Below, one piece after another: positions 38,490 to 50,599 of a DNA stretch of 64,000 bases. The notes beneath the pieces are model-generated. The model did not search any database, was not told the origin of the DNA, and saw only the letters and a program-made list of their open reading frames with translations. How positions within the stretch are numbered: the first letter of the stretch is position 1; each line of letters opens with the position of its first letter. The position numbers were made by a program, and so were the translations under genes. Source of the stretch: Octopus vulgaris (Eukaryota); assembly GCA_951406725.2 (NCBI GenBank), contig OX597817.1, positions 22,320,001 to 22,384,000 of the forward strand, in the 5' to 3' direction.

Positions 38490-40200
38490 GGGAACAAGGC
38501 TGCTGGAATTCTGTGATGCAAATAACTTAAGGGTTTGCAATACTAGCTTCAGGAAATTTACCAACCATCTGATCACTTATAAATCTGGTGGCATGCTTGC
38601 AAGATTGACTACATCTTTACCAGAAACAGGGACAGACCTATGCTTGTGAATACACAGTCCTTCCCAGGTGAAAAATTTACAACTCAACATAGGTTAGTGG
38701 TTAACAAATTCAGACTTAAGGGCCTAACAGAGGAATTTAAGATTGGAAGCCCATGCAAACTAATATATGTTGATGATTTTACCCTCATAGTAGTATATGT
38801 AACAGAATTAAAAATAAAATTCCTGGTGTGGAAACAAAACCTGGAATCAATGGGTCTTCAATGACCTAGGTTTAGTAAGTGACAGAACCTTACCACCTTC
38901 AAGTAAATGGCTCTTCTCAATGTGTAGGAAGGGTGTAGACAGAAATTCCAATCGGTGCACACAGTGAAAGCTATGGACACACAAGAGGTGCAGTGGAATA
39001 TTAGGAAGGTTAACAGAGAAAGTAGTGTTTGTATGTGGAAGATGCACAAGAATGGTAAAGACTACAGATACATGAGAAACTGGTTTCCTCAAATGCCCCA
39101 GAGGCTCTCTGGAAGTAGTGGATTATATTTATTTCTATTTCTTTACTACCCACAAGGGGCTAAACACAGAGAGGACAAACAAGGACAGACAAACGGATTA
39201 AGTCGATTATATCGACCCCAGTGCATAACTGGTACTTATTTGATCGACTCCGAAAGGATGAAAGGCAAAGTCAACCTTGGCGGAATTTGAACTCAGAACG
39301 TAACGGCAGATGAAATACGGCTGCGCATTTTGCCTGGCATGCTAATGTTTCTGCCAGCTCGCCACCTTTATTTTTATTTCTGTTTCCTAGTTGACCTAAT
39401 TAGCAGTGGAGAAGGATGTAGAGATAGTGTAATTACTAGAATAAAGATAGGATGATGAAAATTCAGAATGCTTTTACTCCTGTTGGTAACCAAAGGTTTC
39501 TTTCTTCAAGTGAAAGGAACATTGCATGATGTATGTATAAAAACGGCAGTGCTACATGGTAGTAAGACATGAATCCTGAATTCAGAGGACATGTGAAGAC
39601 TAGAAAGGAACAAAACTGCTATACTCCACTGGATGTGAAATGTCAGTGTACATGTGTGTTAGAGCACTAGTGTAGTGAGAGAAAAATTAGGCATAAGAGG
39701 AATTATAAGCAGTGTGCAAGAGAGAAGACTGTGCTGGTTTGGTCATGTGGTGTAGATGGTTGAGGACAGCTCCATAAAGAAGGGATGATTTTTCAAAGAG
39801 GAAGGAACTCATGGAAGTGGGAGAGTCAGGAAGACATGAAGCAAAGTATTGAAGGCTGAGCTCAAAACACTGAGCTTTATGAAAGAAATGACAGAGGATC
39901 AAGTGTGACACATTGTTGTGCTCAAGAAGACCTGCTTACCACAACTGAAATGATATCCAAAAATTGAGATGCCATGTAAAACAGCACGAGTGGTGGTGCT
40001 GCATAAAAAGCAGCCAGTAATGTGGTTGACATTAGGAAGGGCATCCAGCTGAAGAAACCTAGCCAAAACAGACTATGGAACCTTTTGCAGCTCCTGCCAT
40101 TGCCAGCTTCCATCAAGCCATCCAATCCATGCCAGAATGAAAAACTGACATTAAATGAGATTTTGGTGGTGATAGTGGTGATGATGATGATGATGATGAT
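38490..40200 (+). pseudogene. RTE-clade LINE relic with 3' UTR, internally deleted
   Basis: GTRLLEFCDANNLRVCNTSFRK (APE C-terminus), LIYVDD, Cys-rich ..CRKGVDRNS..C..WTHKRCSGI, RRLCWFGHV; family C UTR and (GAT)n tail. Confidence 0.78.
39130..39368 (-). mobile_element. SINE family B inserted in the RTE relic
   Basis: Full-length copy. Confidence 0.88.
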
Positions 40201-40307
40201 AGTGTCAAATATATATTAGTTTAAAACTGCATAAGATTATCATCAAATCTATATTTATTCTGAAGCTGTATTCCATAGAATATTGGTGATAAAACTTTTG
40301 AAAACAT

Positions 40308-40579
40308 TATTTACATTATTTAGATTTGATGGATATTTGTCCTCATCTTGTTTGTTGTTAACACAACTGTTTGGTTGATATACCCTCCAGCCTTCATCAG
40401 GTGTCTTGGGGAAATTTCAAACCTGGGTTCTCATTCCTAAGGTATTTTTCAATGCTATTATTATTATCATTATTATTATTATTATTATTATTATTCAGAT
40501 CACTGCCTGGAATCGAACTTGGAATCTTGGGGTTAGTAGCCCGTGTTCTTAACCACTACTCTATATGCCGGTGGGCATA
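40308..40579 (-). mobile_element. tRNA-headed SINE with (TAA)n spacer and hammerhead-bearing tail
   Basis: Head ggcatatagagtagtggttaagaacacgggctactaaccccaagattccaagttcgattcc (A- and B-box-like); (TAA)n; GACAC CUGAUGA A GGCUG..; 12-bp TSD ttttgaaaacat (40296-40307 / 40580-40591). Confidence 0.8.
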
Positions 40580-41805
40580 TTTTGAAAACATATTGATATG
40601 TAATATGTCGCTGCCTTGATTTATTCCTGGAACTTGTTATTTTCACTCAGAAAAATGTTCATAAGCAAAATACCAGATCAAATTGGGTGATGGCATGAGA
40701 AGAAAACTAGACATTGCCATGGAAGAACTAACTACACATGGAATTTACTGACCAATATCAGCAAGCAGGTGACCAATAAATTTTGCATGCATATTTGATG
40801 GCATCACAATTAAAATGATGAATCCAAGTTGTTGAATCTAAATCAGCCAAGTTTATTTAAGCTAACTTGGCAAGAAGGCGGATGACAAGAAAACAAGTAA
40901 GGTATAAGAGCAGTGTAGGCAGAAGAATGGAGAAAAAGAACAGTTATATGTTCTTGTCAAGCTGCAATCAATATCAGTGGATGTTTGACAACCAGACCTG
41001 CCAAATGTGAAGAATTAGCAACAGGAATGACCTAACGCTTATTAGCTAAAGGGATGCTTTCACTCTGGTAGAGGATACTTACTCAACCCCCCTACATGCT
41101 TTTCTCTCCCTCTCTCTCTCTTTCCTTCTTATGTTCATCTAATAACAGAACTGGGTTCACAAACAAATCATTCTTTGAAAATGAAACTCCATAAATCCTT
41201 TTAAAGTTCCTTAATTAGACAGTCTTGTCCAATTCTAACTTTTAATAGTAAACATATGGTGAGTCAAAAGCAACAACTTCTCTCTCATCCATTTATCTAA
41301 CATCTCATTCACTTCTTTTGTTACTTTGGTGAATACACAGCATTCATTTACTAAAGATATATTAAATTTGAGGGACAATGAAGAATTTAGCAATCATTTC
41401 ATTGTGTTTGAAGGCCAGGAGAACATCGTTGTCTTCGTCTGCTGAAAAAGGCATTTTTTTCCAAATACGCCAGCTAAACTAAGTTGTACTGTCTATTAGT
41501 CGTAAGACACCTGCTGTTTTTGTCCTGTTATTACTATTATTGTTTTTTGTATTTATATTCGTGTGGCATCGTCCATTTTTCTGTCCTTGTTTCATATACA
41601 TTCAATCCTTTTTCCAAGAAATCTAATGCTTGTAGCTTAGTTTTTCCTTGGGGCTGGCCGCATCGGAGCGATCTGAAGATTAATCAGCCGAAATTGCGAG
41701 GATGATCCAGTTCTTGACTGAAGATTGAAGGCTTCGAATGTCCTGTCCGTCTTTTTTGTATTGTCTTCTAAATGTTTAACGTTCTTGTCCCAGTTTGAAT
41801 TTTTC

Positions 41806-41856
<51 letters not shown>

Positions 41857-41901
41857 CAATAAAGAGAGAGAGAGAGAGAGAGAGATGATATATACATATA
41901 T

Positions 41902-41946
<45 letters not shown>

Positions 41947-41971
41947 CATCATCATCATAATCATTTAACAT

Positions 41972-42440
41972 CAAAGCAATTAAGGGTATGAAACCAGGAA
42001 AAGCCCCTGGCCCATCAGGAAGTACTGCTGAGATGCTTGAAGCATCTGGTAGTGTGGACTATGGCCTAGTCACCGGCATTGTAAACCAAGAGGTTCATAA
42101 CAGAGTCATACCCAATGACTGGCGTAGCAGCACAATAGTCAACTGCTAGAAGAGTAAAGGTGATGCTCTTGATAGAAATAACTATAGGGGTATTAAACTG
42201 CTGGATCAGGTGATGAAGGTTACAGAGAGGATCATAGTCCATCTCATTAGGGAGAGAGTCTACTTAGATGAGATGCAGTTCGGTTTTGTTCCGAGTAGAA
42301 GCACCACTGATGCCATATTCCAAGTTCAACAATTGCAGGAGAAATACCTAGCTAAAGATAAACCCCCTCTACTTAGCTTTTGTGGACTTGGAGAAAGCCT
42401 TTGACAGAGTTCCTCGATCCATTTTCTGGTGGGCAATGTG
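41972..42440 (+). pseudogene. RTE-clade RT fragment
   Basis: MKPGKAPGPSG, KGDALDRNNYRGIKLL, QFGFVPSRSTTDAIF, FVDLEKAFDRVPR. Confidence 0.88.
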
Positions 42441-42749
42441 GAAATACAACGGTGCATTTTATGTGCCACCTGAACAGGAGCCAGTCCAGTGGCACTGGCA
42501 ACGACTTCGCTCAAATATTTATATATATATATATTTATGCAATATATATATGTATATGTAATATATATATATTGTTGATAAAAATGGTAAGACAACAAAA
42601 GAAAGAAAGAGACCTCAATATTGTGTAAATAGAGGAATTTATCTGTAAATGTAATATGTGACAATGATTCGGTAGCCATGAAAAAACTCTGAGTTTCGGA
42701 TGCCGAGGTGGAAATCCATGCCGCCATCAGATAACTGAAGAGATGGCCG

Positions 42750-42810
42750 GATAACTGAAGAGATGGCGGCATGGTTTTCCACCTTGGCATCCGAAACTCA
42801 GAGTTTTATC
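42750..42810 (+). ncRNA. Minimal type-I hammerhead motif in an 83-bp-arm fold-back (42646-42845)
   Basis: GAUAA CUGAAGA GAUG..CAUC C GAAA CUCAGAG UU UUAUC; perfect 5-bp stem I. Confidence 0.68.
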
Positions 42811-42843
42811 ATGGCTACCGAATAATTGTCACGTATTACATTT

Positions 42844-42914
<71 letters not shown>

Positions 42915-42969
42915 TATACATATTACATATATATATATACATATACATATATATCTTATATATATATAC

Positions 42970-43228
42970 ATCATCATCATCATCATCATCATCGTTTAGC
43001 ATCCGCTTTCCATGCTAGCATGGGTTGGACGGGTCAACTGGGGTCTGTGAAGCTGGAAGGCTTCGTCAGGACCAGTCAGATCTGGCAGTGTTTCTACGGC
43101 TGGATGCCCTTCCTAACGCCAACCACTCCGCGAGTGTAGTGGGTGTTTTTTACGTGCCACCTGCACAGGTGCCAGACAGAGCTGGCGAACGGCCACGAAC
43201 GGATGGTGCTTTTACGTGTCACCGGCAC
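42970..43228 (-). mobile_element. RTE-type 3' UTR element (family C)
   Basis: Family C sequence with (GAT)n tail. Confidence 0.8.
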
Positions 43229-43282
43229 ATATACATACATATATATTATATACATACATATATATTATATACATATATGTAT

Positions 43283-44030
43283 GTAATTGTTGATGACGAT
43301 CTCAGTTGGAGTGCACACATCAACAAGAAGGTCGATATAGCTCGTAGGATGAGTTCCTGGATCTTAAGAACTTTCTGGACCAGAGAACAAGGTGTCATCA
43401 TACCACTTTTTTCCTCCTTTGTACGGCCACACCTTGAATACTGCTGCCCACTGTGGTCTCCTCACACAAGACAAAACATCTCCAGAATTGAGTCACCCCA
43501 GAGGGCTCTCACTAAACAAATTGAAGGCATGGCTGCTCTTGATTATTGGGATCGCCTTAAAGCCTTGAAACTTTACTCCCTCCAGCGTCGCCGTGAGCGG
43601 TACATCATTTCTACGATGTGGAAAATATACCGCCAACTTTGCCCAAACGACCTAAACATTAGCTTCAAGGTTCATCCAAGACTTGGACCACGGGCTATAC
43701 GTCCCCTGCCAAATTCAAGATCACAACATACATGTACACTGCAACATAATTTCTTTTCCTCAACAGGCCCTGCCCTTTTTAACATTGTCCCGAGGGAGAT
43801 CAATGAGGAAAAGGATCCCATCAACTTTAAACAGAGTCTGGATAGATTCCTTCAAAGAATACCAGATAAGCCACCCATAATTGGATACAACTCACCCAAC
43901 AAGAACTCACTACTTGAACAAAACTTGACTTAAATAGGATTCGAATAATCCTATCAGGTGGTGCTATTAAGTTAGACATGGCCTGGACCAATCTCTGGTT
44001 GAAACATATCTAAGTTTTATCTAAGTTTTA
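43283..44030 (+). mobile_element. CR1-like LINE, 5'-truncated; RT C-terminus open to 43933
   Basis: VDDDLSWSAHI, FVRPHLEYCCPLWSP, LKLYSLQRRRERY; same family as 147-498. Confidence 0.9.
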
Positions 44031-44099
44031 TATATATGTATGTGTATATATATATATATATACATATACATACATATATATTATATACATATATGTATA

Positions 44100-44383
44100 T
44101 ATATTATATTAAATTAGAGATAAAACCACTATTAGGCAAATCATACAATGAAAAACTTAAGCCAATACATAAGATTATTTAATTTATATTATTTAAATAT
44201 ATAACAAAATTATTAAAAAAATATAATTAATATATCACTACATAGTGATATATTAATTATATTTTTTTAATAATTTTGTTATATATTTAAATAATATAAA
44301 TTAAATAATCTTATGTATTGGCTTAAGTTTTTCATTGTATGATTTGCCTAATAGTGGTTTTATCTCTAATTTAATATAATATA
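44100..44383. repeat. Perfect palindrome, 141-bp arms, 2-nt spacer
   Basis: 44100-44240 is the exact reverse complement of 44243-44383. Confidence 0.93.
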
Positions 44384-45937
44384 ATATTTTACTATAAAAT
44401 TGGATTCAATCCTAAATCTGATTTTTCCCTGTAAGTTTGGATTTAATCCCTAATATTTATTATATGTATATATATATATATATGTATGTATGTATGTGTA
44501 TATATATATATATATATATACACATACATACATATATACAGTAACGTGGTAAAACTGATGTTAAGAAAGAGTAATCTAGTCTAGAAGATGCCTGATTTAT
44601 ATATTTAAAGTCAATATTTACCTATATGAAGGAAGTTTTTGTAAGTAATAATTCTATTAACTTTATCAGAGTATGTTTTGTTTGCTTTGAGGTATGAGCA
44701 AGGGCCATAAAATATGTTTAATTTAGAAAAGGTGGCTGAAATAGCGACTGTTTGTCACCTTATTTAGAAAATTATTTCTGTGACTGCTTTTTGTTTCTTA
44801 TGTTTTATACAACCACGGTACACACAACCGTAGTTAGTAACATAATGATTGGACTTGTTACCAACAAAGGAATTAAATATGAAAATTTACTACCAGCGTG
44901 ATTCAAACAACACCTTTTGTATTTTCTTTGGGAGTTAGGTGCTGCTTAATATATTTTGAAAATTTTGAAAGAATGCAGTCTCCGTCTTTGAGGTTTATTG
45001 GGAAGTGTGAAGATTGAATGCAGAGGCCAGAAGCCATAGGAGAGACGTACAGCTTAGTGATGTTTATCAGATAGGTTTCCTAATATATTTGATAGAAAGT
45101 TTAAAAGACCAATGTGTCTGTAGGATATTGATTTGGTTCAACATTGGTTCAGTTTGCAAATGGTAACTATTTAATTTAGTTTCCTTAACCTGGGGATTTG
45201 GCAGCACTGATATATGTTATTGAAACTTTTTGACTCAAGAATCAATACAGGTTATTGAAAATGTTTGTTTAAGCAGTGATTCTCTGAAATGTTAGGTGTT
45301 TGAGGTGTATATGAGTTATGTTCTCTGATCTTGTATCTTTTTTTTTGTTTTGTTTTGTTTTGTTTTTTGTTTATTTTATTATTAATTGGATTGCTGTTCG
45401 CATATGTTCGTAAATGAAGAGATTCAGATTTTATAGTATTGATAGAAAGCACATAGTTACTATATCAAAGTTTGTGTTCTTTTGAGAAACTTTAGAAACA
45501 CTTTTCAAAAAATTAGTATAAAAAGGATATTTCATGTTTGTGTGCAATTGGAATTCAAGTTTATTAATATGTGATATATTTATAAAATGTCAATTGTTAG
45601 AATTTTATTGTTGCTAATTAATTTTTATAGAGAAAATTTCTATTTACTTGATACTAAATATAGAATATGAATGCTTGCTATTATATCAGAAATAATTTGA
45701 TATAGTGAAGAAAACACTAAACCATTTAATATAGTGAGCATGGTAATGTTAATCAAGGTTGTATATCATGAGAGATAAAAATTAATCAATGCTCACCTAA
45801 ATTTATCAAAGGCATAGAAAACTAAATAAAAAACAGTATTCTTTGGAACATGTCAATGCACCTGAATCCCAGTTAATTAAAATGAGTAATGTGCTATATA
45901 TTGTCACATATTTTCCATTGTCTTCTTTTTGGATTTC

Positions 45938-45974
<37 letters not shown>

Positions 45975-46441
45975 ATATTCAGTAGTTCACACACACATGT
46001 GCATACACATATATTAAATTAAGTCACAATATAGCAATATTTGGATTCAACTAATCCAGAGGTACCCATAAAATAAAGCTCCTTAATGTATCATTCTACA
46101 AAGCACATAGAATGTATAGTATTATACAAAGGGAAAATAAGAGTTGTGTGTAAAATTATAATTAAAGAGAGAATTATCTTTGGATATTCATATCTAACAA
46201 CAATATTAAGTTGTGAAACAATTGTTGTTAAATATGAATATCGATTGGCAAAATGAATTTTGTCATAGTATATTTCTCTCTTTATTTATAATTATTATCA
46301 TCATCATCATCATCATTTAATGTCCACCTTCCATGATAGCATGAGTGGGACGGTTTCACAAGAGCTGGCTAGGCCGAAGCCTGCACCAGATTTCTGTGAC
46401 TGTCTTGGCAGGACTTTTACGGCTTGATGCCCTTTCTAACA

Positions 46442-46494
<53 letters not shown>

Positions 46495-46508
46495 AATAGA
46501 TAGATAGC

Positions 46509-46586
<78 letters not shown>

Positions 46587-46679
46587 TGTTACTTTATTAG
46601 CCACACAGGGCTGCACACAGATAGAACACACACACACACACACACACACATAAATATATAGATAGCTAGATAGATAGAC

Positions 46680-46733
<54 letters not shown>

Positions 46734-46854
46734 GTAGAGAGGTAGGTATAAATACAGATATATAGATTTACATACATATGTGTTTATAAACACATACATA
46801 TGTATATATGCACACATACATACACATGTATATATACACACAAACAAACAAATA

Positions 46855-47412
46855 AAGGCATGCAAGAAAGGTCTTACAAAACCACTGCAGATACCTTTTT
46901 TGAGTTTTGTAACACATGGTAAACTCCCCAGGTTCTTAAAAGAAGGTATAATATGCCCTGCCCATAGAGAAGGAAGCAAAGGAGATGCTAGAAATTGTAA
47001 GCCTATTTCTTTGACCTCACATATTAGCAAGATCCTGAAATGCATAGTCAGAAGGAGGCTGATCACATTTCTAGAGGAAAATAATTTGCTTACAAGCACA
47101 CAACATGACTTCCATCAAAGGAGGAGCTGCATCACACATCTGCAACAGCATTATAACTGGGTACTGAAACAATAGCTCAGCCATTCGAATGTGGGTGTGA
47201 TATATCTCAGCTTTGAGCCTTCATCACAGTTGATCATGGGATGATGTCACAAAGTGTGCCACCTTGGTATTGATGGCAGATCAGGAGATCGTCTATATGA
47301 CTCTTTAAAAAGCAGAAGTCAGATAGTTGCAGCCAATGGTGCTCTCTCGGAGGAGGGTGAGCTCAATTCTCAGTGGGGTCATCTCAGGGATCTGTACTGG
47401 GACCACTACTGA
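46855..47412 (+). pseudogene. CR1/L2-like RT N-terminal fragment
   Basis: GSKGDARNCKPISLTSHISKIL..QHDFHQRRSC..VIYLSF; truncated by the mariner insertion. Confidence 0.8.
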
Positions 47413-47413
47413 T

Positions 47414-48632
47414 TGCGATGGTATCAAAAAGTTCCCTGACTAGTTATATTTGATAAAAAGATATCGTATTTACCTAAATTCTAACATCATCTCCTACAAA
47501 TTAGTCACCTTGTGCAGCAATACACTGTTCCCAGCATTCCTGCCACTTTTGGAATCCAGCCTGGAAGTTGTTTTCCATAAGTGAGTCGAGGACCTACTGT
47601 GTTTCTCTCTGGATATTGACAATGGTGTTAAAATGGCGACATTTGAGCTGCATTTTCACCTTGGGGAAGAGACGGAAGTCTGCAGGTGATGAAAAAGGTG
47701 AATAGTGGGTGCAGAAGTGTTATCCCTGTCGATTTTGGCATGAAATGCACAAGTGAGGAGAATGCAAGGGTGAGGAGACAGGGTGCATTGTTCTTGTGAA
47801 AACTCCAATTCTTCATGCTCCCCAAATCTGAGTGTCCTCCCTCAAACTCTTGATTGACAGTCTGGCTCTGAGGAATGAATTCTTGATGCACAATATCCTG
47901 AATGTCAGAAAAAATGCTGTGTGGGCTTTTGATGGAGATGCAGCTCTGTCACTCCTTCTTCAGTCCAGATGAAGGGTTCTTCCATCGTGATGGCTGATGC
48001 CTCATCTCAGGTTCATACCCATAGACCCAACTCTCATCACTGGTGATGGATCATCAGAAGCACACTGACAGAAATCTTGACAGGCTTCAATGTGATGTTT
48101 TTTTTTTTTTTGCTGAGTGGTCAGCAGGCGGGGGACAAAATAAGCAGAGACACAAACCACATGTTCAATTCAGATGTCAGGATTGCCTTTATGGACCCAT
48201 ACAACAGACCAATAACATCAGCAATGTCGTTGATTGTCCTCTGACGACCCTCATGCACAAGCAGATGAATTTTCTCCACATTCCTGGGGATGACCCTCAC
48301 AACATGTCTTGCAGATTGTGCATTGTCTTCTAGGAATGTTCTTCCACTCTTGAAGTGCTTGTGATACTTGAAACATTGCTTATGACCCAACACCTTGTCA
48401 CTGTAAGCCTGCTGAAGAATGCTCAATGTCTTTGTAGCAGACCTACCAATTTTAAAATGGTAACATACACATAATCACAAAAACTCAAATTTGACAAGTT
48501 GCAAAGTAAGTACAGCAATGTCATTCAATACATTGCTTCAGGAAGGTCACCGCCACCACTCACTTTGTATGCAACCGTGTGCTGCCATTTGCTGGCATGC
48601 TAGAAAACTAATCTGATAACATTTTGAGTAGT
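47414..48632 (-). mobile_element. mariner-family transposon relic
   Basis: ILQQAYSD..HFKSGRTFLED..RTINDIADVIG; TGDESW-like, HQEFIPQSQTVN, NNAPC motifs; degenerate TIRs tcaaaaagttccctgactagtt. Confidence 0.8.
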
Positions 48633-48721
48633 AAGATATTTAAATGACATTTATGTGTGTACCTATAACATAAAATATACATACCTTGCCTTATACATAC
48701 ATAGATACATATATACATACA

Positions 48722-48997
48722 TACATGATGGCCGTCCACTCGTGACTGAGGAAGACCATTGCCGACCTTCAGGAACATTGTGCGCTCTAGGACTAACTTA
48801 TATTTTGCATTTGCGGCTCCGTTGGTGGCTAATGAGCCCAGCTCTTGACAAGCATACACGACTGCAAACATTGCAGACCAAGCTTTCCCCATTCACTATA
48901 TGAGCCGTGCACTTTCGCGCAGCTCGCTTAAGTTCTTCATGCTGGATACGTGCTCTCTCAAAAGTGTCTATCCCCTCCTTAACCTGCTTCCTCCAGA
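48722..48997 (-). mobile_element. RTE-clade LINE 3' end with C2H2-like zinc finger
   Basis: WRKQVKEGIDTFE..LVCNVCSRVCLSRAGLISHQR; (ATGT)n tail. Confidence 0.82.
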
Positions 48998-49193
48998 CAT
49001 ACATACATACATGTGTGTGTGTGTGTGTGTACATGATACAAAATAGTTATGGTAATACTTTAATTGAGTCTCATCACATAAAATTGTGTTAAGTAGTTGA
49101 ACAACATTACTAGTATGAAAATAACACACATGTGTATATATATATAGATGCATGTGTGTGTGTGTATATATATACATGCATAATAATAATATC

Positions 49194-49228
<35 letters not shown>

Positions 49229-49334
49229 TAATAATAATAACAAAGGGTAAAATTAATTAATTAAGAATTAATCAATAATTTCACCAAGCAGACTTCAGCA
49301 TGAAAAAAGGACCATTTCATGGTAAACATAAGTA

Positions 49335-49519
49335 ATACTTAATAAATAGGGTTCAGCAAAGATTTGTTTTACCACATACCGGAATTTAGAAATAGTAGCC
49401 AAAAAAAGTAGAAGAAAAAAGAAAGAAAGTAGAAGAAATAGCTAACGTTTTTGAACTGCTATTTCTAAATTTCGGTATGTGGTAAAGCAAATCTTTGCTG
49501 AACCCTATTTATTAAGTAT
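49335..49519. repeat. ~60-bp inverted repeat (fold-back)
   Basis: tacttaataaatagggttcagcaaagatttg..ccacatacc / ggtatgtgg..caaatctttgctgaaccctatttattaagta. Confidence 0.85.
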
Positions 49520-49529
49520 ATACACACAT

Positions 49530-49988
49530 GCGTGGCACATTGGGCAAGTGTCTTCTACTATAGCCACGGGCCGACCAAAACCTTGTGAGTGGATTTGGTG
49601 GACGGAAACTGAAAGAAGCCCGTCGTATATATGTATATATATATATATATCTGCCAGATCAGACTGGAGCCTGGAGCAGCCCCTGGCTTCCCAGACCCCA
49701 GTCGAACCGTCTAACCCGTGCTAGCGTGGAAAGCGGAAAGCGGACGTTAAACGATGATGATGATGATGATGTATGTGTGTGTGTGTTTGTCCTCCTAGCA
49801 TTGCTTGACAACCGATGCTAGTGTGTTTATGTCCCCGTTACTCAGCGGTTCAGCAAAAGAGACCGATAGAATAAGTACTGGGCTTACAAAAGAATAAGTC
49901 CCGGGGTCGAGTTGCTCGATTAAAGGTGGTGCTCCAGCATGGCCGCAGTCAAATGACTGAAACAAGTAAAAGAGAGTAAAAAGAGAGT
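49530..49988 (+). mobile_element. SINE family A (5'-truncated) with a family C tail inserted at 49650-49770
   Basis: Nested sequences visible. Confidence 0.85.
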
Positions 49989-50599
49989 ATATGTACATAT
50001 GTAAACATACTAACACAAACACTTGCATATACCAAAATACCCTGTACCCTGAAACAGAAACTGTAATGCAGGCCCTTTTCATATTCAATGACAATAAGGC
50101 AACAGCCAACAAGGTCTGAAAAGACTTCTTGTATATGGAAAAACTTTGAAGCCCAAGGGGTGGAGAATAGTGTGATTAATTGAAGTTCTTGAAAATGGGG
50201 ACTTCAGTGAATCTCTTCCTAGCAGCAGCAATTTCTAAGTAACCATTATTATTTTCTTCAATGTTCCATGACATGTCACCACAAATCTATAAAGAAAAAA
50301 TACAATCAGTGTGCCACAGATTTTGATCTAAATTGATGTATTGGATTATCTCACGTTCAATCACTGGCATGAATAAAAAATATCATATATCTTATAGTTT
50401 TCGAGTTATTGTGGGTTGGCAGTGGATAAAAATTAGGGATGCATGCCTGATGCATTGTGGACTGATGGAATGAAACGTGCCAAAGACTAGAGTTAATAAA
50501 ATCATTCATTTCACTTACCTATGGGAATGTATTCTATATGAAACACGTTTGACAAAATACCCTTTCTTCTTTTTGAAACAGTGAATCTCAAAGCTGATA

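Noticed and set aside
41665-41750. Two ctgaaga motifs suggesting hammerheads
   Set aside because: No consistent stem I/II with GAAA-NUH geometry.
43025-43933. 302-aa ORF as a gene
   Set aside because: Chance fusion of an antisense RTE UTR, a microsatellite and a truncated CR1-like RT.
44850-45300. Possible second PLE relic on the minus strand (YPTDT..)
   Set aside because: Single weak motif.
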